64,000 bases of DNA from Amoebophrya sp. A120 (Eukaryota > Protista > Dinoflagellata): NCBI GenBank assembly GCA_905178155.1, contig CAJINV010000006.1:2173700-2237699 (forward strand). Reading direction: 5' to 3'. Under the pieces are notes generated by a model. The model did no database searches. It was not told the DNA's origin and was given only the letters and a program-made list of their open reading frames with translations. Position 1 is the first letter of the stretch. Each line of letters opens with the position of its first letter. Positions 48,453-58,947 of the stretch are shown one piece after another. The translations under genes were made by a program, and so were the position numbers.

Positions 48453-49233
48453 GGTGACTTCTTGTTGCCGTTGTAGAGGTGGAACAAGAAGTGAGTCAAG
48501 TCCTTCGATGAAAACCGCCCCAGACGCTCGCTCCTTGACCTTCCGCTCGTAAGTCGCTTAATACCTCCCAAAGCGCAACAACCTGAGATTCGGATTTTAC
48601 TCCACAAATCGTTCGAGAGGACGGCTGCTACAAGTAACAACGCAAAATTTTTTGCTCGACGTTGTGAGTTGTCAGTGGTAGGAGTAGCACCAGTTCCAGT
48701 ACAACGCAAGAAAAAATGTAGTACCTGCTCAAACAAGAACCCACTGGCAGAGAGATTTGCACCCCGCGATAGTTGAATACTAGTACGGCCTGCTTCGTGA
48801 AGTCGGTGGAACTGCTGGCTCTTGCGAACGTGGCGGAGGTGAAAAAAGTTGTGGATCAAGTTCTTCTGACACGGTTATTTTCCCAGAGACGTTTGGTCCT
48901 GCCGGTCTTGAAGTGGTGCTTTTTACCCCAATTTTTAGTGCAAGAACAAGCACCACGACCTGGGATTCGGGTTTCGTTTTACAAACGGAACGTTCGAAAG
49001 CCTGAGGAACAAAAGTGCTATACAATTACAACCCAAAAGTAGTTCCTGTACGTAGTTGAAACTAGAATTAGTGCCATTTTTACTCAAAAAAAAGTACCTG
49101 CTTGAACAGCCCCAGAATCACAGAGAGATTTTTTTCCGCGTGATACGTACCACTCCGCACCTAGCTGGTCGTCGCTGGAACTACAGCCTCTTGCGGTAGA
49201 AGTTGTTGTCGAGGAGAACAAGCCGCTACCGCA

Positions 49234-49518
49234 TGTCCTGAGTAAAAACGTACCCACACCAGAGTCAGGATGGGGATTTTGCAACACAAGCCTAGGGGTT
49301 TTGTGAGTCACGCATGACAAGTTGCACTCTGCAGTGTAGTGCAGGTTAGCAAGTGCAGCCGCGTCACAGATTCATCTGCTCATCCTGTTCACAGCATCAC
49401 AAATTCCAAAACACGATTGGAAATGGCTCCCAATCTCATGGGGATGCGCATTACAAGTCTTCCTGTCTTTGCAAATCTGCGCTACAACTCTGGTGTGGGT
49501 ACGTTTTTACTCAGGATA
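49234..49518. mobile_element. Introner family C with an empty-site paralog
   Basis: C-type TIR; DR CCGCA; the duplicated copy at 50341 has a single CCGCA and no element. Confidence 0.92.
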
Positions 49519-49565
49519 CCGCACAGACCAAGCGCAGGCGAAGCGTTCCAGTCGTACTGACGAAG

Positions 49566-49833
49566 TATCAACTGTAAAAGTGTCTGGGTCTGGAAGAATG
49601 CAACTTGTCATGCTGATTTTGGATTCTAAAAATATGAATTGCTGTTTTGCATGGGCAGCAAAGAGAATCCAAGTTTTGCTACACGGAAAGAACATTTGTC
49701 ACGCGGTAAAGGCATCAGGACGCCCTCACAAAATCTGTGATGCTAGGGCATGCATCACAGACATCAGAAGTCATGCAAAATGTGCATGACAAACCTGGCA
49801 ATCTTCCAGACCCAGACATTTTTACATTTGATA
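49566..49833. mobile_element. Introner family B
   Basis: B-type TIR; DR CGAAG; close copy of 7249-7513. Confidence 0.9.
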
Positions 49834-51490
49834 CGAAGGTCTTGATGACCAAACGGGGCTTGAAGTGGTTCTTGCGGAGAAGACGTTCGGTCCTGGCAGT
49901 CGGTTTTCCCAGAGACGTTCGGTCCTCCCAGTCTTGAAGCTTTTAGCGTTTTACCCCAAAAATTTTTAGCCCAAGAAGGACCACCACCCGGAATAATTAT
50001 TCGGATTTCATTTTGCAAACGGAACTTTCGAAAGCCTGGGGAACAGAACTCCTATCCTATACAATCACAACCCAAAAGTAGTTCTTGTACATAGTTGACA
50101 CTAGTTTTCATGGCATTTTTACGCAAAAAAAAGTACCTGCTTGAACAGCCCAATCGCAGAGATATTTTTTTTCCACGTGCTGGTGATATGTACCACTCCG
50201 CACCTAGCTGGTCGTCGCTGGAACTACAGGCTCTTATTGCGGTAGAAATTTCGGTCGAGAACAAGAAACAGCCTCTGCCGCACTGGAGGAGCAGGTTCTT
50301 GCGGTAAAAGTTGCTGTCGAGGTGCAGGAAAAGTCTGCCGCCGCACTGACCAAGCGCAAGCGAAGCGTTCCAGTCGTACTACTGACCAAGCGCAAGCCAA
50401 ACTTTCCAGTCGTATTTATTTTCTGTTTGATATAGGATCTGGCTCTTCGAGCGCCAATTCCTGCTTCCTAAAACAGATTGAGGTGCAGATTCATCATCAA
50501 CTTGGACAGCACAATTAGAACGCAACAAACAACAGCAAAAAAGTTTAGTACGTTTAAAACGTGCTTAACAGATCGTGCGAGCTTTTGAATGACATTTCGT
50601 GTGTGTAGAACACCCAAGAACCTCCTTCACTTCGCGCTCTCTCGCCCTCTCGCTCCTACTTCTGGTTTGGGCTAGTACCTTTGAATAGCCTATTATGAGA
50701 ATCGCATACGCGTTTGGGAATCAAATTTTCTACTTCCTGTACCTGTTGCAGTACTTCTCTCCTACAATCTACTTCTCGCCTCTTTCATCGCAATCTTTGA
50801 TGACATGTAAAGGGAAGTATCAGGAGAGCTTATTTGCAATAACCTACTGAAGTGATATACACCCTCAAGGAGCACTTTTGGTTAAGTAGAGCAATTTGAA
50901 AATCATAAATCATTATCATGGTGTGTGGAACTTTTGGTTGCGCATCGTGTAACACGAATTTTGAGTGATTGCCCTGATCTGCTCAACTTGGTATTGCTTC
51001 TATACCTCCAGTACGTCCACCGGGCTGTGGTCTTTAGTTTGCAAGGCAGAATCCGTTTCGCATTCACTATCAACACTTATGATCATCTCTGTTGCAGAAG
51101 CTCAGATTCGCACAGGTTTGTAATCTACACTAAAACCCCCGACGATGAACAACTAGGCCACAGAGGGAGCTCCACTTTGATTTCGACCTCGACACGACAG
51201 CTTCACTTTTGCTACATTTACACAGCACAATTTGCTATTTCAAACAAGACCACGCTTCAGAATCACGGCACCCCCGGCTGAAACGCTCCTGCATGCAAAT
51301 CTCTCTAACGACATCCTGCTCGTGGTCCAAACATCAGTGGACAGCGTATCATCGTAGACGTACTCACTTAAGCAAGAGTGCGAGGACGGCTAGTTGTGCC
51401 TAGTACGTGGTTTTCCCAAAAGAAGCCCCCCGGTTTGCAATGCACCATCGAATAAAGTAGGACAGTTTGCATGTCAACATGAGTAGAACT

Positions 51491-54400
51491 TCACTCCTTG
51501 TTCCTCCGCCCGCGACACACTTCGTACAAAGCCGGAAGCTTGAGCACCAACGGCGCCAGGGCGTACACGCAGCTACACAGCGCCAGCGTTTCCAAGTATC
51601 TCGTCGCATGCAGGAAAGAACTGCCGTCTGTTGCACCTGCGGCTCCGGTTGCATACCTCTTTCCGAAGTTCCTGTCAAAACCAGGACCGTTGAGTTGTTG
51701 CAGTCCCAGAAAGTTCGGGTCGTGTAGATGCACGTTTCTCAGTTCGAGGGGCAGGTCGAAACTCAGACCGGCACGTTCGGTATGCATGGGCAAAGTAGTG
51801 CCGGGGAGTCGTGGTTCTGGTCGGATAAAATCTGCATGTTGGCAACGACCGGTATTGGTATCTGACAACGCAAAGTCAAATCTGTAATGCTGAGACAGAA
51901 GCAGAATCAGAAGGTCAGGTGGAATACAAATCCGTCCTGCAAAACCCCGAGAACCGCCCGACACTTTTACCTAGCGTAGGAGAAAGACAACTGGAATTTT
52001 ATACTCCCCGTGTTCGCCTGCAGGCTCCAAGACAATCTTGACAGCTCGTCGGGCACGTTTTTCAGATCTATCTGGACCTTCGCAAAGCTGAAAACCGAGA
52101 GAAAGATCTGTAATGGTGCGAGGAATCTATTATTTGCGCGGCTAGGCATGCTGTTCTGCATGACGAACGTTTGTTCCGGTGGTCCATCGTCCTCCAATTG
52201 CTGCATGAGAAACTCCTTGTTTCCAAAATTCACGCCCAACACTGCGGAAAACGTTAAGGGATCCGGGATGTTGCCACTGCTGCTGGTTTTTCTTCCCCCG
52301 GACGATGACCTGGCGTTCCCATGATCAGCAGTGTCACCCTCTCCTGTCCCCGCAGAAGAAGAAAAGATCGGTATGAACTTCAGCTTCGAAGTGAACTCGA
52401 TGTTCTTCTGGTCGAGTTTGTATTGCGCGGAAAGGAAGTATCGGTTTTTGTTGCTCTTGCCAGAACTACCAGAAGGGCCGGAACTCGAGCTGCTGGCTCC
52501 TCCGCTTGAAAACGAAGTAGATGAACCGCCACTACTTCTCACTGTCGGAACGAATAACTCCCGGTCATAGCTCGCCTTCAGACGGATTTTCGCTTCTTCA
52601 GAGGGGGCGGAGAAACTTCTGCTACCTACAACCGGGCGCGCGGCTAAGGATGCTGCTGCGGGCGGCGCGGCTAACAACATTTCTCGTTGTTGAGAACCAC
52701 CTCCTGCGTCGCGCTTCCAGAAGTTGTTAAAAAGTCCGCTGCTGAAGAAGGACATGGAGCTAAAAAACCCTGATCCCCCTGTCTGATCCAAGGAGACCGA
52801 CAGGACGGATCTGTTGTCCAAACGGGAGACGACACTGCAACCAAAGTTCTGGACGTGTAAGTTGGGAACCAAGTTCACCAGTGCAGCGGCACCAGGAAAA
52901 TTTCCCGAGAGGACGGAGCAAAGCGACTGTGGCTGTGCGAAAGGAACGTGTATTGAGGGAAGAAGTCTATTCGCACTACTCGTACCTGCGCCGGGTTTGT
53001 CTCCGTCAGAACTGGTCGTGTTCTCCTCCTCTACGCCGGCGAATATTGCACCTGTCAGCGCTTCCTTCACTGCGACGTTGCAGTGGAGCCCGACGGTAAC
53101 ATTTTTCGCTACCTTCCGGGACGCCTGGAGAGATATGCTGTGGAAAAAATCCACGGTGGTCGTGACCGTAAACAATCTAAAACAGCATGCCGTCACGTTT
53201 CTGCACAAGCATGACAAATCACATTTCTATTGCGAGTACCGCATGACAAACCTGCACTTCTATTGTAGTTGAGTTCAGTCACGACCTGCAAAGATCTATT
53301 CCCCACCGATAACCTCGACACCATCCGTCAAAAACGAAGAAAACCCGGTCGTCCCCGTTGCAATTCTGACGCTTGTTTCGGAATCGGGGCGGATGGAAGA
53401 TTGCAGAACTGATTTGATCAAACCCGCACCGATCGTCGCGACGTAGGCCGTGGAGAAGAGGAGGTATGGAAAGCGAAAGGTGTGAAATTCTACATTCGTA
53501 GTTTGTCTTGCATGATATCAGCAGCAGCCTATTGAGCAGCAGTCTGAAAAACGAAAAGCTTTCATTTTTGACGATGTATTGATTTGTGATGCAATTTTCT
53601 GCACGAGCGATCGCAATACGCATGACACGATGTATTGATTTGTGATGCAATTTTCTGCACGAGCGAAGCTGCAGCTTCTCGCGAGATACGCATGACAAAC
53701 TCCTATGGTAGAGCATGATCCCTCTCCAATTCCATACTGACAGCGTCGTGAAATGGTCATTGTAGATGTGCACATTATGGTGAAACGAGGAGTACCTGAG
53801 GAGAAAATTGCACAATCAGTTGAATTTGTCATGCAGCCGACACGAAACAACAGCAACACAGATGTGAAAAACACAGTCATGCAACACAAATCATTTACTT
53901 CTCTGAAAAAATCTATGTTACTGGCGCGACGCAGTACTGCAAGTGCAGGATTTATGAAACCGGAAAGATGAACGAAGTTGACAGTTCCAGAACGACCCGT
54001 CCTTTTTGTGATATTCCCCACCCGCGCGAGAACCGCAGGAGAGGCAAGGCAAATGGAAATCAGCACTTCAAAAACAGCATCACAAAGAATCCGTCCGACG
54101 GGGTCTTGAACGAGCAAGTTAGTTTTTCGTCATTTTCATTTTCATAAATCCCTCGGCACCAGAATCCCTTCTCCGCGTTTTATCCTTCCACCATCCGCCG
54201 CAAAGCCGAACGTCGTTCCGCCCTGCAAGCCGCACCGACGGGGTATTTCCAACTCCTTCTGGTTCCGCATCAACTGTTTCACCGCCTGTTCCAACGCCTG
54301 CATCTCTTCAAACTCGATTTTTTCCCTTCGGATGATCTGCGAGTCCCGGGGTGGGAGGGACGGGATTTTCGTGTTATCCTCATCGTCATCGCTGTACATT

Positions 54401-54885
54401 ACGTGTGCATCTTCCTCATCACCGCTTCTTCTCCTGTATTTCTCCTTCGGAACCCGCACCGCCACTCGGATCCCCGCCTCGCCGTACTTATCGTAGAAAT
54501 TCCGGAGTGTCGGGTCCGACAAAATCCGGTATGCGCGGTCGAGCCGGAGGAAGCCGTCCTCTTCGGAGGTTTGATGTCCGTCATCGCCGCTAGCATTTTC
54601 GCTCGTACGAGGATTTGTGACGGACCTTGACGGCGATGACGCTGAGGCGCCGCTCCGTACGCCGGCAGAATCGTACTGCGCACCTCGTGTAGCATGTTTC
54701 TTATCCGGATGCAGCACCCGGGAGAGGTTGTGAAAGCTGTTCCGGATTTCTTCCGGGGACGCAGTCGGCTCCACACTGAGGACGCGGTAGAGGGTGTTGG
54801 ACGATTGGGAGGGGGGGTTTTTCGTGTGGCTGCCGTCATCCTCCCTGTCGAATTCGTCGGCGTCCTCGAAGAAAGAGTCCTCCAT
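51491..54885 (-). CDS. DnaJ/Hsp40 J-domain protein, DNAJC11-like, multi-exon
   Basis: J-domain LYRVLSVEPTASPEEIRNSFHNLSRVLHPDK..AYRILSDPTLRNFYDKYG followed by helical and beta-rich exons. The J-domain is clear; DNAJC11 affinity and the 3' end are inferred. Confidence 0.75.
53572..53666. repeat. Short direct duplication (about 39 bp x2) in a DnaJ intron
   Basis: CGATGTATTGATTTGTGATGCAATTTTCTGCACGAGCGA occurs twice. Confidence 0.8.
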
Positions 54886-56550
54886 GACAAACGTAGGGTC
54901 CTCGTGCGTTCAAATTCCGGCCCTGCTCTACTCACCTGTTCAGGGACACGACCTGCTCGGGACGGCCGCACGAGCAAGTAGACGTCTCACACGACTGAGG
55001 ACAGCAGGGTTTGCTCACGGTAGCAGCAGCACCACGGAGCGTGTATACGAAGGCTGCATCAATTACGAGGAAACAGCAAAACAATTACTTATTTCAAGAA
55101 TCACTGGAAGACAACACGACGATGCAGCACTCAGCGTTGCAGAAGCACCTTGTATGTAACACTTCTTCAACAAAATAGTAATCTGAATCTACTGGAGCTA
55201 GACGATCACCACGTACTAAGTGCGGCACATTCACATCAGGTGGTGACGAGAGAAAATTCACGACCGACGAAAGACCAAGTTGGGCACATTGCAATTGCAC
55301 CAGAGCCATGTCACAAGAGAGTCGTGAGTTCGACACAAGAATATTGCTGCATTCAAAAAACCGACGACTGAGGTACATCCAAATGAAACTACAAGAGTCG
55401 TGCGCAACTTCGACAGGACCAGCTATGGATTTTCTCACAAGGGAAGACGCACACCCATCTGGAGATGTCAGAAGAACTCGCCGTGTAGCTTGGGTGTCCT
55501 TGTTGGGAAGGTCGCGCGAGTGCCCGTCCTCACGCGTGCTCGAGTATTATATGTAGACAAGGCAAAAGGTTGATTGAAGAATCACGACCCGGCTCAGAAG
55601 TGTTCGCTTTGTTGCTTCGTGTTCAACATGAATCACCTTCACCCGTGCCTGCCCTTGCGATGAAACCTCCAGTGTCAGTTTTGCACTCGAAATGTTGGTC
55701 GCAGTGGGTCTTAGTGGCTTTGCATTGCTAGTACACCAGAAGATAGTACACCGGACTCGTCTCAGCGTAAGTCTTGCGCTGCCCGATTGCTCAAGAGCGG
55801 ATTTCAAAGGCTAGCACGAGCTGCGAGCCTTGTGTACTTCTCTCCACGGTGCGGTATTTTGACTTGACAATAAGTACCTACATAACTTGTGATAATGAAA
55901 TAAAACAAGGACTACGTTGACCGTAAAAAGTGAAATAAGCATGGACTTGTCTCTTCCATTTCTCCATCAAAGCTTACAAGTTACAACCCTGCCGTAGCGA
56001 CTTCGTACTACATCGAGGCTTCCTCGAGTATAGCACGAAGCGCGTAAGAGGTCTTACGGAAACTCGATGCTGTTCTGTGTTTTCAGACTGTGGTAAATAA
56101 ATGCTCACCTAGGCAGAAAAACACAACTACCGTATTTTCAAGGAAAGATGAAGTCTAAAGACGGACTGTCTTCAACAGTGTTTCTGCACGTAATCAAACT
56201 TTAAGCAGGAAGCGCGGTAGAAACTACTACACAAGGTTCACCTTTTCAGACGAATCTGTAAAGATTTTCTGCTCTAGCTTTACTCCATCCGAGTGCACAA
56301 ACAGCACCACGATGCGGACTACAAGCACGATTGATTTACGCAGCTAAACAATCTGCAGATGAAGAGTGTTGTCCTGGTGGAAGTTGCTAAAACTTCTCGA
56401 AAATACGTGGTGAAAAATTACTACTAGCTACATCATCAATTTGGAAAACTTGGGAAAGTCTATCATCATACAAGGTTCCTCTGCTGTCTGTAGTTTTCTT
56501 TTCCTATAAAACCTCGCTTTTTCATTTCCATTGTAACCAGAACCTCCTTT

Positions 56551-57978
56551 TTACTTCGGGACCAGCTCGCCGTTGGGGCCGTAGGTGTAGGTGGCGCCGG
56601 CGCCCGGCATGGCCGTGCCCAAGGCGGGAGTGGTGAACAGCTGACCGGCACCCTGGAACTTGCTCATCTCCTCCTGCTATGCATTGCGAACATGTCTGCA
56701 TCTGACAATGACAAAGTGAAACTTGTATTGTGGAACTTGTATCGCTTATCTGATACTCCGGGAAAATCTAAATCTGCACTACATGTTGACCGACAAGAGA
56801 GCACCTTCCCTGCTCTTGCGTGTAGAAGTCAATTAGTTTGTAGCCCAGCATGCGCATGACAGACTGTTGTCAAGGCTTAGCTGCACCTAAAAATGCTAAC
56901 GCCACGCCATACAATCCCGCATCAGTATTTTCTAGACACAGACACGCTTGCACTTAGTACCTGCATCTTCATCTGCATCTCCTGCTGTTTCTTCTCCATC
57001 TCAAACCTTGTAAATTTTGATTTTCATGTTACATCTGGATTTGGTTTGTCTTTGTCATGCGCCTTTGCCCATCTGGAATTGCGTTTCTCATTCAAAATCC
57101 CGCAAGACAAAAGCGAAAAAAATCACATTGTACTGTTGCTTCTGCATCTCCTCCTCGGCCTTCTTCTGCTGGTATTCCATGCTGAGCTGCATAGCCTGCT
57201 GCTCCAGAGCAGCCTTCTGCTGCGCCGCCTGCTGCTGCAGGGCCATCAGCTGTTCCATGCGCTGCTGGTCCAGGGCCATCTCCTGCTGCTTCACTTCCAT
57301 GTCGATCTGGCGAGGTTGGTATGGATTTTGATTTTCAAATGAGCTTGTCATGCACAAACTCCTATACTCAGAGATGCATCACAAACGCGAACAAGCCATC
57401 ATCTCGATATCCTAGAGATGAGGATGACCAAATTTAAAGCTGCATCTTTTAAAACCATAAGTAGTAGTAGGAATCGTTTCTCCAACAAATCAAACCTGCA
57501 TGATGAACTGCTTCTTTTGCTGATCCGCCTGGCCGAGCAGGTACTCCTTCTGGTGCTTCACCTGGGCCTCCAACACCTGGGTGCCCTGCTTCATATCAAA
57601 TGTAAAAATGTCTGTGTCTGGAAGATTGAAACTTGTCATGCTAAATCTGCAGCATGCAAAAATCTGTGTTGCATGATTACCAAAAGTCGCCCAGTTTTGA
57701 CCAAGTCGGGAGGGAGTTTCTCATGCAGGATAGACCTGAGAAAGGTCTCGCAGAATCTGTCATGCTAGGTCCTGCATTCCAGACCTCATGGGTCATGGAA
57801 AAGCAGCATGACAAGTCTGGCACTCTTCCAGAGCCAGACACTTTTGCACTTGATACTTCACCTGCTCGTCCAACATCTTCATGTAGGCGTCCTTCTGCTT
57901 GCCGATAGTGGAGGGGTCCGGCATGCCGGCAGTCAGAGACTGCGGCGGCATCTGCATCGGGGGCATAGCAGCCGACAT
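56551..57978 (-). CDS. Gln/Met-rich coiled-coil protein (dinoflagellate-type uncharacterised family), 5 exons
   Basis: MSAAMPPMQ..PDPSTIGKQKDAYMKMLDEQV|KQGTQVLEAQVKHQKEYL..|IDMEVKQQEMALDQQ..|..GPNGELVPK*; strong GC3 bias. Confidence 0.8.
56678..56959. mobile_element. Introner family B (diverged) forming a canonical GT-AG intron
   Basis: DR CCTGC (GCAGG in sense); sense junctions CAG|GTACT...ATAGCAG|GAG. Confidence 0.8.
57594..57855. mobile_element. Introner family B
   Basis: B-type TIR; DR CTTCA. Confidence 0.9.
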
Positions 57979-58947
57979 TTTTGAAAACGGAGGTTGGTGG
58001 TGTCAAGGAAAAAACTGATGAGTCCTCTCACTTTCCCCTACAGGTTTGAATTGGGAGCCAAATTAAATTTAGGATTTCCGCTCTTATTTCTACCTCCTCT
58101 CAGTCTCAGTCCCACGGACTCGGTGGATGTAGTAATTGCCAAGCCATAGTAATTCAGTTTTAGATTTTAAATCCCGCCGGAAAGCGCGAGTAAAAAAACT
58201 TAGAGTTAGACGTCATCTGTCACAAGAGGGCATTAACTTTTTCTGTTCGTCGCATAGTTGAAAACCGCGTGCAGGGTCACAATTCGCTTTCAATTCTTAA
58301 ATCATGTCAAATAAACACCGTCCTCGTACACGTGGCTTAGATGCTGGTGCAACTAGAACTAACATCGCAGCGGTTTTTAAGTTCACAGTGTGAAGGAGTC
58401 TACCCCAAAGTCAACAACACCCAGCAAACAAAAAAAAAACGAACACGACCGAACGCAAGCGTCGCGCCCGCCTGCAACCACACAACAAGGCGCGGCCACA
58501 GTAACGCTCTAGTAGCTTCATTTCTTTCACTGCCTAGTTAATTCCACCAAAATGAAGATATTTCCTCCTGAGTTGCGTCTTTTTCTCCTACAACATCGGC
58601 GCGGCACCACGTGTGCGAAGCTGTCAAACCGAAACGAAACAAATTGCAGGCACGCAGAAGAATGACAATGAACAGCTAATTTCCTCTAAAATCAAAGTTG
58701 TTCAGCATTGATTTTTTATTTTCATCCCTATGCTTCTTGAACGAATGATTTCATACTGGTATCGCGTGGCCTGTTTCTGCTTCACGTGCAATACAGTTGC
58801 CCTTCTGGCTCTAGGAATTCCTACTGTAGTTTTTTCACTCCGTCTTCAATGTCATCACCATCAGCCTTCTTATCCATCGTGATCTCGTCATGAGGAGTTT
58901 TGCTCAAGGTGGAAAAGAAATTTTGTAGTCTTCATTAGCAATAACCC

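Larger units (their letters stand above)
48870..50385. repeat. Diverged tandem duplication (about 0.4-0.5 kb unit); first copy carries introner insertions
   Basis: Shared blocks, e.g. TACCACTCCGCACCTAGCTGGTCGTCGCTGGAACTACAG at about 49148 and 50191; GACCAAGCGCA.GCGAAGCGTTCCAGTCGTACT at about 49526 and 50348. Confidence 0.85.
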
